NCBI GenBank assembly: GCA_944372355.1
Contig: CALVYS010000004.1
Location: 1 to 60,182 of the forward strand
DNA: 60,182 nucleotides
DNA from: an uncultured Clostridia bacterium
Lineage (GTDB): Bacteria > Bacillota > Clostridia > Christensenellales > UBA1242
Direction of reading: 5' to 3'
Part shown: positions 8,539-17,999 of the stretch, piece after piece
Layout of the letters: every line of letters starts with the position of its first letter
Position numbering within the stretch: position 1 is the first letter of the stretch
Program-made: the position numbers and the translations under genes
The notes under the pieces: generated by a model
Seen by the model: only the letters and a program-made list of their open reading frames with translations
Told to the model about the DNA's origin: nothing
Databases searched by the model: none

Positions 8539-9558
8539 ATGGAAAGCAAACTTAAAGACATTTTAAACAGGGCGCTCAGCGAGCTTAAACAAGTTGAAAA
8601 CATGCAAGAGTTGAATGAATTTAAAGTCAAATACCTTGGCAAGCAAGGAGAACTTACTGGTATCTTGCGTGGAATGAGGGAGGTCCCAGCTGAGGATCGT
8701 CCAAAAATTGGCGCATTGGTCAACGAAGTTAGGGAAAAATTGGAAGCTGCTTTCAGTGAAAGGGAGCAGGCTTTTAACAAGGCTGAACTTGAAAAAGAGC
8801 TTCAAAGAAGTGCAATCGACATAACCGAGCCTGGCAAAGGTCATGAAAAAGGCGCTTTGCATCCAACGACTCGAATGTTCAACAAACTTATCGACATTTG
8901 CGTGGCAATGGGTTTTGAGGTTGTGGAAGGCCCGGAAATCGAAACCGACTATTACAACTTTGAAGGTTTAAACATTCCAAAAAACCACCCATCAAGAGAC
9001 ATGCAAGACACTTTCTTCATCACAGAAAACATTTTGCTTCGTTCACAAACCTCGTCTGTGCAGGTGAGAAGCATGGAAAAACTTTCACCTCCAATCAAAA
9101 TCATTTCGCCGGGCAGGGTTTATCGCAATGACAGTGATGGCACGCATTCTCCGGTTTTCCATCAACTTGAGGGGTTGGTTATAGATGAAAATGTTTCCAT
9201 GGCTGATCTTAAAGCAATGCTCACTTCTATGATGAAAAAAGTTTTTGGTCAAAGCACAAAAATCAGGTTTAGGCCAAGCTTTTTCCCATTCACAGAGCCA
9301 AGCGTGGAGGTTGACGTAAGCTGCCCAACATGTCATGGCAAGGGCTGCAAAGTTTGCAAAGGCACCGGATTTTTAGAGCTTTTGGGCGCAGGGGTCGTAA
9401 ATCCAAAAGTGCTTGAAATGTCGGGAATAGACAGCAAAAAATATCGAGGATTTGCCTTTGGCTTTGGTGTGGATCGTTTTGCTATGGTTTATGATGGCAT
9501 CACAGACCTTAGAAATATGTTCAAAAATGACATCAGATTTTTGAAACAAATGAAGTGA
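8539..9558 (+). CDS. pheS: Phenylalanine--tRNA ligase alpha subunit
   Basis: 339 aa with class II motifs (FRPSFFPFTEPS, GFAFGFGVDR). Confidence 0.96.
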   Translation: MESKLKDILNRALSELKQVENMQELNEFKVKYLGKQGELTGILRGMREVPAEDRPKIGALVNEVREKLEAAFSEREQAFNKAELEKELQRSAIDITEPGKGHEKGALHPTTRMFNKLIDICVAMGFEVVEGPEIETDYYNFEGLNIPKNHPSRDMQDTFFITENILLRSQTSSVQVRSMEKLSPPIKIISPGRVYRNDSDGTHSPVFHQLEGLVIDENVSMADLKAMLTSMMKKVFGQSTKIRFRPSFFPFTEPSVEVDVSCPTCHGKGCKVCKGTGFLELLGAGVVNPKVLEMSGIDSKKYRGFAFGFGVDRFAMVYDGITDLRNMFKNDIRFLKQMK

Positions 9559-9560
9559 GG

Positions 9561-9588
9561 TATTATGTTATAAAAACATAACATAATA
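9561..9588. repeat. Palindromic intergenic repeat, copy c (best copy): TATTATGTTAT-aaaaac-ATAACATAATA
   Basis: Perfect 11-bp arms with a 6-nt spacer, lying between the pheS stop and the pheT RBS. Confidence 0.8.
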
Positions 9589-9609
9589 GCAAGTTTTAAG
9601 GAGATAAAA

Positions 9610-12000
9610 ATGAAAGTAACATACAAATGGATCAAGGATTTTGTAGACATCGATTTGCCGGCAGAAGAGCTGGCGCAAAAGCTGACCAACGCTGGAATGG
9701 AAGTTGAAGAGATTATAAATCTCAACGAGCACCTCCATCATGTTGTGGTGGGAAAGATTACAAAGATTGAAAAGCACCCAGATGCAGACAAGCTGCAAGT
9801 TTGCCAAGTGGATATTGGTGAAAAAACTGTGCAAATCATAACCGCTGCAACAAATATCTTTGTTGGCGCGCTGGTGCCGGTTTCCTTGCCAGGCGCACAT
9901 CTTGCCAATGGAATCAAAATCGAAAAATCCAAACTGAGAGGCTTGCCTTCCGAGGGAATGTTTTGCTCTGGCGAGGAACTTGGCATAGATGACAACTTTA
10001 TGCCTGGGGCTTCTGTAAATGGAATTTTAATTTTGCCAAATGATTTTAAAATTGGACAAAGCATCGACGTGGCATTGGGCCTTGATGATGTTGTTTTTGA
10101 CGTTGGAATCACTCCAAACAGGCCGGACTGCATGAGCGTGATTGGGCTTGCGAGAGAGGTTTGTGCTGTGACTGGTGCAACATTTAAAATGCCAGAGATG
10201 ACGCACATTGAGCTTGCTGAAAAAGCCAGCAAACAGTTGGAAGTTGAACTTTTATCAAAAAAGTGTTCAAGATATATGGCGGCTGTAATCAAAAATGTCA
10301 AAATTCATCGCTCTCCAATGAAAATCAGGCAGCGTTTGTTTGCAGTGGGAATAAAACCTATCAACACTTTGGTGGATCTTACCAACTATGTTTTGGTTGA
10401 AATGGGTCAGCCTATGCACGCTTTTGACAAAAAGCATATCGCAGGCGGCAAAATCATTGTTCGTGATGCGAAGAAGGGTGAAAGCATTTCTGTTTTAAAT
10501 CACAACACTTACAAGCTTGATGAAAATGACTTGGTGATTGCGGATCAAGAAAAAGCAACGGCGATTGCCGGAGTGATCGGCGGAACCAACTCTTGCATTG
10601 AAGATGACACTCAAACCGTCGTCATCGAATCTGCTGTTTTTGACTTAAAATCCATTCGTTTGACCAGCAAAAAAATTGGTGTCAGAACTGATTCTTCTGC
10701 AAGATATTCAAAAGGGGTTTATTATGCAAGTGCAGAGCAGGGACTAAACAGGCTTTTGCATCTTGTCACTGAATATGATTTGGGTGATATATATGGCGGC
10801 TGCATCGACAAAAATTTTGGTGCCCCAAAAGCAAGAGTTGTCAAGTCTTCGGCATCTGAAATCAACGCAATTCTTGGCACGAAAATTGCGGCAGAGGACA
10901 TGCTTCGCATATTAAACAGCTTGGGGATCACAACAAAACTTGAAAATGGAAATCTGATTTCGCAGGTTCCTGATTACAGAGAGGACATTGAAAACAGCTA
11001 TGACCTTGCTGAGGAGGTCATCAGAATTTATGGCTACGATGTTTACGACAAAGGTGAAGCTGACGAGCCATATTCGGGCTGGAAGGTCACCGAAGGCAGG
11101 CTTGGCGAGAGGCTGGAACTTGAACGCTCTTTGAAAACGGCGCTCAAATTTGCTGGATTTTTTGAAGCAATGAACTATTCATTTATTCCAGCAGATGCCC
11201 CAGAAAAGCTGCTGATTTCTGATAACCGCAGATTTATGATCAAGATTGCCAATCCTTTGGGAGAGGAGCTTTCTTGCATGCGCACCACTCTTGCACACTC
11301 CATGCTTGCATCGCTTGCCTATAACTACAGTGTTGGGAACAAGTCGGTTAAGCTTTTTGAATCCGGAAAAACTTTCCATGCACATGCATTACCACTCACA
11401 GAGCTTCCACAAGAGTGCAACAAGCTCAGCATGGGCGCATATGATATGAGCTTTGCTGAATTTAAAGCGTGCCTGGAAGCGGCCTTGTCTGAAACCAGTT
11501 TATCTTACAAATTGGTTCGTTCAAAAGAGCCATTTTTGCACCCTGGCATTTCTGCTGATGTTGTGGACGAGAATGGTGAGGTTTATGCTTCGTTTGGTCA
11601 GGTGCACCCAACTGTTGCCAAGAATTACGAGGTTCCAAAAAACACGCTTTACGCTGAAATCGACATGGACAAGTTGCTCGCGCTGCCTGAGAAGAGATTT
11701 AACATAAAACCTGTGCCAAAGTTCCCAATCGTAGAACGTGATTTGGCTGTCGTTGTGAAAGAGCAAATTTCAAATGAGGATTTGACAATTGCGATAAAAT
11801 CTGCCTGTGGAAAACTCTTTTATGATGTCAAGTTGTTTGACATCTATCGCAGCGCTTCGCTTGGCGAAGGAATGAAATCTATGGCATACAACATTCGTCT
11901 CTCAGATGAAAACAAGACTTTGACTGATGAAGAAGTGACGGAAGTCATCGCAAAGGTTTTGAAGGCTTTGAAATTTAGATATGGAGCAAGTTTGAGATGA
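9610..12000 (+). CDS. pheT: Phenylalanine--tRNA ligase beta subunit
   Basis: 796 aa. N-terminus MKVTYKWIKDFVDI, with tRNA-binding, B3/4, B5 and FDX-ACB regions in order. Confidence 0.96.
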   Translation: MKVTYKWIKDFVDIDLPAEELAQKLTNAGMEVEEIINLNEHLHHVVVGKITKIEKHPDADKLQVCQVDIGEKTVQIITAATNIFVGALVPVSLPGAHLANGIKIEKSKLRGLPSEGMFCSGEELGIDDNFMPGASVNGILILPNDFKIGQSIDVALGLDDVVFDVGITPNRPDCMSVIGLAREVCAVTGATFKMPEMTHIELAEKASKQLEVELLSKKCSRYMAAVIKNVKIHRSPMKIRQRLFAVGIKPINTLVDLTNYVLVEMGQPMHAFDKKHIAGGKIIVRDAKKGESISVLNHNTYKLDENDLVIADQEKATAIAGVIGGTNSCIEDDTQTVVIESAVFDLKSIRLTSKKIGVRTDSSARYSKGVYYASAEQGLNRLLHLVTEYDLGDIYGGCIDKNFGAPKARVVKSSASEINAILGTKIAAEDMLRILNSLGITTKLENGNLISQVPDYREDIENSYDLAEEVIRIYGYDVYDKGEADEPYSGWKVTEGRLGERLELERSLKTALKFAGFFEAMNYSFIPADAPEKLLISDNRRFMIKIANPLGEELSCMRTTLAHSMLASLAYNYSVGNKSVKLFESGKTFHAHALPLTELPQECNKLSMGAYDMSFAEFKACLEAALSETSLSYKLVRSKEPFLHPGISADVVDENGEVYASFGQVHPTVAKNYEVPKNTLYAEIDMDKLLALPEKRFNIKPVPKFPIVERDLAVVVKEQISNEDLTIAIKSACGKLFYDVKLFDIYRSASLGEGMKSMAYNIRLSDENKTLTDEEVTEVIAKVLKALKFRYGASLR

Positions 12001-13115
12001 TCTATCTTGACAATGCAGCAACAACACCGTTAAGTGAAAGGGCGGCAAAAGAGCAGGTGCTTTGGGCTTGTGAAAGGTTTTATAATCCTTCCGCAACCTA
12101 TGTTCAAGCAACCAAGGTGGCTTTTGCGCTCACCGAAGCGAGAGGAAGATTGAAAAAATTGCTGGGCGTTAAGGACGGGGAGATAATCTTTACTAGCGGT
12201 GCGACCGAGGCAAACAATCTTGCAATTCGTGGAAGTGTGAGAGAGGGAAAATGGGAATATGTGTTTTCATCGGCAGAACACGCAAGTGTTGACAATCTTG
12301 CAAAAGCGCTGGAACGAGAAGGGCGAGAGGTTAAGTTTGTTCCCATAAAAAAAACTGGCAAAGTGGATTTGGAAAAACTGGAAGAGGTTTTAAATGAGAA
12401 AACCCGACTTGTGAGTTGTATGTTTGTCAACAATGTCACAGGTGCGGTGAATGATGTGGCAGCCATTGCAAAAATAATAAGAAAAAAGGCTCCGAAAGCG
12501 ATTTTTCATGTGGACGGAGTTCAAGCTTTTTGCAAACTTCCTTTTAAACTTTCAAACTTAGATGTCGACGCATTTTCTTTAAGTGCGCACAAATTTCATG
12601 GACCGAAGGGTGTTGGGGCCTTGTATATTAAAAACAAGGCCGGCTTAAAAAATCAAGTATATGGTGGTGGACAGGAGTTTGGAATAAGGTCTGGCACTGA
12701 AAATGTGCCTGGCATTATGGCCATGCTGACTGCTGCGGAAGAGCTTGACGTTAAGGGCAGGCTTGAAAAGGCTGAGTTATTAAAACAGGCCTTTTTAAGT
12801 GAACTTGAAGGAGCGGGTATCGAACTTGTAAAAACCAATAGGTCCAGTCCTTACATCGCCACCTTTATCTTCTCAGGAGTGAATGGTGAAACGCTTGTGA
12901 GAATGCTTGAAAATGATGTGATAGTTGGCAGAGGCAGTGCGTGCTCGGCAAAAAAATCTGGCAACCATGTTCTTGAAGCAATGGGATATAATTTGGACCA
13001 AATCAAGGGCGCGATCAGAGTCAGCTTCGATGCTGCTTTGAGTGAGCAAGAGGTTAGAGACGCTGCCAAGATTGTAAAACAAAAATACTACGAGCTTGTG
13101 GAGAAACTTAAATGA
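11997..13115 (+). CDS. Cysteine desulfurase (class V aminotransferase, NifZ/IscS-like partner of ThiI)
   Basis: PLP-lysine motif SAHKFHGPKGVG and C-terminal GSACSA. The start overlaps the pheT stop by ATGA, and the gene is followed by thiI. Confidence 0.88.
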   Translation: MIYLDNAATTPLSERAAKEQVLWACERFYNPSATYVQATKVAFALTEARGRLKKLLGVKDGEIIFTSGATEANNLAIRGSVREGKWEYVFSSAEHASVDNLAKALEREGREVKFVPIKKTGKVDLEKLEEVLNEKTRLVSCMFVNNVTGAVNDVAAIAKIIRKKAPKAIFHVDGVQAFCKLPFKLSNLDVDAFSLSAHKFHGPKGVGALYIKNKAGLKNQVYGGGQEFGIRSGTENVPGIMAMLTAAEELDVKGRLEKAELLKQAFLSELEGAGIELVKTNRSSPYIATFIFSGVNGETLVRMLENDVIVGRGSACSAKKSGNHVLEAMGYNLDQIKGAIRVSFDAALSEQEVRDAAKIVKQKYYELVEKLK

Positions 13116-14272
13116 AAACAATTCTTTTACGGTTTGGCGAACTGTTTTTAAAGGGTGAGAACAGGCACCTTTTTGAAAACGCGCTTTTAAATAATATAAG
13201 AAAAAAACTGAGTGGAGAAAAATTTAAGCTGTATCGCACGCAAGGGCGCATCATGATTTCTGATTTTGAAAATGAAGATGAAATCGTGGAAAGGCTCACC
13301 ACCGTTTTTGGCCTTCACAGTTTGAGCTTGGCGGAAGAGGTTGAGGCCAGTCCGGAAAGCATTTGCAACTATTTTAAAACCATCAATTTGAACGCGAAAA
13401 CTTTTAAGGTTGAAGTAAATCGTGCTGACAAGCGCTTTCCTGTAAAGTCGATGGATTTTGCGGCTACGCTGGGTGGGATTTTGCTCGACAATAATCCTGA
13501 GTTGGAAGTGGATTTATATTCTCCTCAACAAAAGATCATGGTGGACATTCGTGCCAATGGCAAAGCCTATGTTTATGGCAAAACGATTGCTTGCCAGGGA
13601 GGGCTGCCTCTTGGCACCTCTGGCAAGGCGCTGCTTTTGCTTTCAGGCGGAATCGACAGTCCTGTGGCCGGCTACCTTATGGCAAAGCGCGGATTAAAGC
13701 TTGAGGCATTGCATTTTCACAGCTATCCTTACACCAGCCCTGAGGCCAAACAGAAAGTTGTGGATCTTGCGAAAAAATTGGCGATATATAATGATGAGGT
13801 AAAACTTCATTGCATTTCGTTCACCAGGGTGCAGGAGGCGATTCATCAGCATTGTGCACCTGAATTTATGATCACTATTATGAGACGCATCATGATGAGA
13901 ATTGCTGAGCAGATTTGCAAACGTGAGGGGCTGGGGGCGATCGTGACGGGCGAAAGCCTGGGCCAAGTTGCGAGTCAGACCATGCAAAGCATGACCGTGA
14001 CTGAGAATGTGATCAAAACAACTCCTGTGTTTAGACCATGCATTGCAATGGATAAGGAGGAGATCGTGGCTGTTGCCAAAAAGATTGACACCTTTGAAAT
14101 TTCAATTTTGCCATATGAAGATTGTTGCACTGTGTTCTTGCCAAAAAATCCGGTCATCAAACCAAAAATTTCTCAGGCCGAAAAAGAGGAGAAAAGTTTG
14201 GACCTTGACGCTTTAATAGGCGAGGCACTTGCAAGTGAAGAGGTGATTTGCGTGACGGCTGCGCGCGAGTAA
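13112..14272 (+). CDS. thiI: tRNA 4-thiouridine(8) synthase ThiI
   Basis: THUMP-type N-terminus and PP-loop LLLLSGGIDSPVA. Confidence 0.92.
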   Translation: MKTILLRFGELFLKGENRHLFENALLNNIRKKLSGEKFKLYRTQGRIMISDFENEDEIVERLTTVFGLHSLSLAEEVEASPESICNYFKTINLNAKTFKVEVNRADKRFPVKSMDFAATLGGILLDNNPELEVDLYSPQQKIMVDIRANGKAYVYGKTIACQGGLPLGTSGKALLLLSGGIDSPVAGYLMAKRGLKLEALHFHSYPYTSPEAKQKVVDLAKKLAIYNDEVKLHCISFTRVQEAIHQHCAPEFMITIMRRIMMRIAEQICKREGLGAIVTGESLGQVASQTMQSMTVTENVIKTTPVFRPCIAMDKEEIVAVAKKIDTFEISILPYEDCCTVFLPKNPVIKPKISQAEKEEKSLDLDALIGEALASEEVICVTAARE

Positions 14273-14296
14273 AATTTTTGCAAACAAAAATTTTTG

Positions 14297-14327
14297 AAAC
14301 CTGCCAAAAATGTTGGCAGGTTTTTTT
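14297..14327 (+). terminator. Rho-independent terminator after thiI
   Basis: AAACCTGCCAA-aaatg-TTGGCAGGTTT followed by T7. Confidence 0.88.
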
Positions 14328-14379
14328 GCGCGAACTTTCGGCCGCGCAAAACTCGCGCGCCTTTTGCAGGAAAAACGGG

Positions 14380-14389
14380 TTATGCATAA
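14380..14389. repeat. Minimal copy h of the palindrome core: TTATGCATAA
   Basis: 10-bp perfect palindrome with the same TTATG/CATAA half-sites. It is short, so chance occurrence is possible. Confidence 0.35.
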
Positions 14390-14476
14390 TCACTAATAAT
14401 TATAAAAACGAAATTTATAAATTTTCAAAAAACAAAATTGTTATAAAAATTTAGTGAATAAATATACAAAAATCAC

Positions 14477-14505
14477 TTGCATAAATATAAATTGTGATGT
14501 ATAAT
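14477..14505 (+). promoter_or_regulatory. SigA-type promoter upstream of argR: TTGCAT-17-TATAAT
   Basis: Hexamers and spacing read directly. Confidence 0.6.
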
Positions 14506-14527
14506 AATGAAAACTGGGCTTATAAAT

Positions 14528-14547
14528 ATGAATTTATAAATATTCAT
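14528..14547 (+). promoter_or_regulatory. Palindrome ATGAAT-ttataaat-ATTCAT between the promoter and argR; possible ARG-box-like operator
   Basis: It has TGAAT/ATTCA half-sites like an ARG box, but with an 8-nt rather than 4-nt centre. It is flanked by direct CTTATAAATA repeats. Confidence 0.3.
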
Positions 14548-14599
14548 AACGCCTAAATCCCTTATAAATAAAGGCGAATAGCGATTTGGAGGATTCGAG

Positions 14600-15052
14600 A
14601 TGGCACGAAGCGCAAGACAGTCAAAAATCTTGGAACTGATTTCAATCAAGGAGATTGAAACGCAGGACGAACTGGCAAGAGAACTGAAAAACGCCAATTT
14701 TGACATCACACAGGCAACCATTTCAAGAGATATAAAAGAGCTTGGCTTGACCAAGATTTTGACCAGCTCTGGCAGATATAAGTATGCCATCGTGGGTTCT
14801 GACGAGCAGCAAATTTCAAACAAATTCATCACCATCTTTCGCGAGGCGGTGATTTCTGTGAAATCTGTTTTAAACATCGTTGTGATCAAAACTTTGAAAG
14901 GTCTTGGAAGCAGCGTGTGCAGTTTTGTTGACAAGTTGAATTTGAACGAGCTGGTTGGAGCTGTAAATGGCGATGACACAGTGATGCTCATCTTTCCTTC
15001 GGCTGGCTATGCTTCTGAATCTGTGACGACACTGAGTGATATGTTGGGATAA
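14600..15052 (+). CDS. argR: Arginine repressor ArgR/AhrC
   Basis: Winged-helix N-terminus QSKILELISIKEIETQDELARELK...ATISRDIKELGL and C-terminal GDDTVMLI. Confidence 0.93.
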   Translation: MARSARQSKILELISIKEIETQDELARELKNANFDITQATISRDIKELGLTKILTSSGRYKYAIVGSDEQQISNKFITIFREAVISVKSVLNIVVIKTLKGLGSSVCSFVDKLNLNELVGAVNGDDTVMLIFPSAGYASESVTTLSDMLG

Positions 15053-15061
15053 GGGTGAAAG

Positions 15062-16729
15062 ATGCTTAGGAGTTTGAGTTTACATAACCTGGCACTTTTT
15101 AAAAAACAGGAAATAGAATTTAATGAAAACTTGAATGTGATTTTAGGCGAAACAGGCGCGGGCAAGAGTTTGATTTTTGACGCGCTGAATTTTGTGTTGT
15201 CTTTTAAAACCGACAAAACGCTTTTGCGCTCTGGCGAAGAAAGCATGCGAGTTGACGCGGTTTTCCAGCCGGTCAGTGAAACTGTCAAACAGCTTTTAAA
15301 AGAGGCTGAGATTGATGATGAGGGAGAGCTTATAGTTTCGCGCACCTTGCATAGTGATGGCAGGACAAGTTCTCGCGTCAATGGTATGGCGGTTTCTCAA
15401 AGCTTTGTAAAAGCACTTGCCTCAGAACTTGTTGACACCTTTTTGCAGCACGAGAATTTGCAAATTTTAAAATCAAAAAATCACATAAGTTTTCTTGACA
15501 AGTTCTGTGATTTTGGCACGCTTAAATCTGAGCTTTCAAAATTGATTGATCAGCAAAAACAGGCGCAGGCAAAATTGAATTCTATTGGCGGCAGCGAACA
15601 AATGCGCTTGCAACGCAAAGACATTTTAGAATATCAGATTCGTGAACTCACCGAGGCGAATTTGCAACCAGATGAAGATGTAAGGTTAGATGAAAAGATC
15701 AAACTCTTGGAAAGCTCTGAAAGGATTGTCGAAAATCTTGGCCAAGTTTTGCAACTGCTTGAAGCAGGCGCGAATGGAATTGTGTCGCAAATCAACATGT
15801 CTGCCAAATTAGTTGGAAAGCTTGGAGACATTGAAAATTTGCCTGAATTGAGAGAGCGGCTGGAAAGCGCTCAAATTGAGCTTGACGATGTGGCAAGCGA
15901 ACTTCGCGAGGTGCTCTCAAAAGCGGACAGCGATCCAAGAGAGCTTGAAAGATTGGATGCACGCAGAGACAAACTCAAAGCTTTGAAAAGAAAATATGGC
16001 GGCTCGATTGCTTCGTGTTTGGAGACACTTGAAAGTTTGAAACAACAGCTTGATGAGCTGTGCAGTAGTGCTGAGCTTTCTGAAAAACTTTCAAAGCAGA
16101 TAGAAGAGCTTAAAAACCAGGAAGAAAAGCTTTGCGAAAGCATTTCCGACATAAGAAAAAGCGCGGCGATTGTGGTTAAAAAGCGTTTGCTTGAAGAGCT
16201 TGCTGATCTTGGAATGAAATCCACACAATTTGAAGTGACTTTTGAGAGAAAGGAAATTTCAGCCGATGGTTTTGACGATGTGGTGTTCACCTTTTCAGCA
16301 AACAAGGGACAGGAGCTTAAAGATCTTGCAAAAACCGCATCTGGCGGTGAGAGCAGCCGCATCATGCTTGCGATGAAAAATATGTTTGCAAAAGAGGGCG
16401 ATTACAAAACGCTGCTGTTTGACGAGATTGACTCAGGAATCAGTGGTGAAATTGGAAATATGATGGCTCAGAAATTGGCAAGCATTGCAAGGAGAGATCA
16501 AGTGATAACCATCACACATCTGCCACAGGTTGCAAGCGCCGGAGACAACTTTTTGAAGGTTGAGAAATTTGTCGAAAACAATTCGACGATAAGCCGAGTT
16601 CAAAGCATCACGGGAAAAGATGTGATCAAAGAGATCGCCCACATAATTGGCGGTGACAATGTGACTGACATAATGCTTGAAAATGCACAGCAGCTTTATC
16701 AGCGTGGGCGAAAATTTGGCAGGTCGTGA
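15062..16729 (+). CDS. recN: DNA repair protein RecN
   Basis: Walker A GETGAGKS, long coiled coil, C-terminal signature ASGGESSRIMLA and Walker B LLFDEIDSG. Confidence 0.95.
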   Translation: MLRSLSLHNLALFKKQEIEFNENLNVILGETGAGKSLIFDALNFVLSFKTDKTLLRSGEESMRVDAVFQPVSETVKQLLKEAEIDDEGELIVSRTLHSDGRTSSRVNGMAVSQSFVKALASELVDTFLQHENLQILKSKNHISFLDKFCDFGTLKSELSKLIDQQKQAQAKLNSIGGSEQMRLQRKDILEYQIRELTEANLQPDEDVRLDEKIKLLESSERIVENLGQVLQLLEAGANGIVSQINMSAKLVGKLGDIENLPELRERLESAQIELDDVASELREVLSKADSDPRELERLDARRDKLKALKRKYGGSIASCLETLESLKQQLDELCSSAELSEKLSKQIEELKNQEEKLCESISDIRKSAAIVVKKRLLEELADLGMKSTQFEVTFERKEISADGFDDVVFTFSANKGQELKDLAKTASGGESSRIMLAMKNMFAKEGDYKTLLFDEIDSGISGEIGNMMAQKLASIARRDQVITITHLPQVASAGDNFLKVEKFVENNSTISRVQSITGKDVIKEIAHIIGGDNVTDIMLENAQQLYQRGRKFGRS

Positions 16730-16752
16730 CGCATAAAATCCCTCAAACGAAA

Positions 16753-16778
16753 GAAACTACCTTTTGGTAGTTTTTTTT
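16753..16778 (+). terminator. Rho-independent terminator after recN
   Basis: GAAACTACC-tttt-GGTAGTTT followed by a T run. Confidence 0.8.
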
Positions 16779-16790
16779 ATTGGAGGTTAG

Positions 16791-17999
16791 ATGAAAAAGC
16801 GGGCGATATGGATTTTTTTGCTGTGCACCACGATTGCAGTGTTGTTTATTTGCAATATCCGCTTTTCAGAAATCTATTCTCTGCCAGACGGCTTTTTGGC
16901 CACCCGTGAGGAGGTGGAAAACGCGAGCAGCCGTTTTGGAAGTTTTGTGACTGCCGATTTGGAAGGGGTTTCTCAGTCGGTTTCCACGGACAAGCCTGGT
17001 GAGGGCACTATTATTTTCAAGCTTTTTGGTTTTATTCCAATCAGAAAGGTGAATGTGGTTTGTGCAGGCGAGGAGGACGTCTATCTTGGTGGGGTGCCGA
17101 TAGGCATTGCCATCAGCACCCAAGGGGCAATCGTTATCAACGAAAAAATGGTTGACACCGAATCAGGCTTTGTTGACACAGAAAAAAGCGTCAATTTTAA
17201 AGAGGGGGATTTGATCACAGAAGTGAATGGAGAGAAGGTTGCCTCTCTTGACAAGCTTTGTGAAGTTGTTGAAGAAAGTGACAGCGAAAATTTTGAAATC
17301 ACTTATTTGCGAAAAAACAAACCATGCAAAGCCACCATAAAAGGAGTGATAGATCAAAACACCGGAAAATATAAACTTGGACTCTGGGTGAAAGACGATG
17401 TGTCTGGCGTGGGAACTCTTACATATGTCAACAAGCAAACTTCCAAATTTGGGGCGTTAGGCCACGCAATAACCGACAATGAAAACAATGTGTCAGTGGC
17501 GGAAGGCAAGGTTTATGCCTGCAAGGTGTTGGGGATTGAAAAAGGTGAGAGAAACGATCCAGGAGAGCTTAGGTGCATGTTTCTTCAAAATGACAAAGTG
17601 AAGGGAAGCCTAGAAAAAAACACTCCTTTTGGAGTGTTTGGGCAAATGGAAGATTTGGAGGGCCTTGTTGATGAAAATCTTTCCTTAAAGATTGGAGGAA
17701 GGCTTTCCGTCAATCCAGGTAAAGCGTTTATAGTGTCAAGTGTGAGCGGCATTCGCGAAGAATATGAGATTGAAATAATAAAGGCCTCTTATCAATCCAA
17801 AGCCGATGACAAAAGCATCGTGTTTAGGGTGAAAGACAAACGTTTGTTGGATCTCACCGGTGGAATTATACAAGGCATGAGTGGCTCGCCAATCATTCAA
17901 AACGGCAAACTTGTTGGGGCTGTCACACACGTTTTTACCTCAGACCCAACCAAAGGCTATGGCATTTACAGCGATTGGATGGTGTTGAACGAAAATTAA
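16791..17999 (+). CDS. spoIVB: SpoIVB peptidase (S55 sporulation signalling serine protease)
   Basis: N-terminal TM helix, a PDZ segment, catalytic GMSGSPII, and the conserved argR-recN-spoIVB order. Confidence 0.92.
   Translation: MKKRAIWIFLLCTTIAVLFICNIRFSEIYSLPDGFLATREEVENASSRFGSFVTADLEGVSQSVSTDKPGEGTIIFKLFGFIPIRKVNVVCAGEEDVYLGGVPIGIAISTQGAIVINEKMVDTESGFVDTEKSVNFKEGDLITEVNGEKVASLDKLCEVVEESDSENFEITYLRKNKPCKATIKGVIDQNTGKYKLGLWVKDDVSGVGTLTYVNKQTSKFGALGHAITDNENNVSVAEGKVYACKVLGIEKGERNDPGELRCMFLQNDKVKGSLEKNTPFGVFGQMEDLEGLVDENLSLKIGGRLSVNPGKAFIVSSVSGIREEYEIEIIKASYQSKADDKSIVFRVKDKRLLDLTGGIIQGMSGSPIIQNGKLVGAVTHVFTSDPTKGYGIYSDWMVLNEN

Noticed and set aside
14473-14991. A 172-aa minus-strand ORF covering the whole argR gene, plus similar long antisense ORFs: 9738-10301, 15871-16365, 23742-24194, 25747-26241, 42323-42787, 48992-49504 and 54678-55196.
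   Set aside because: Each lies entirely antisense to a confidently identified conserved gene. Each has a Ser/Phe/Leu-rich low-information composition and no RBS. These are shadow ORFs typical of AT-rich coding DNA.
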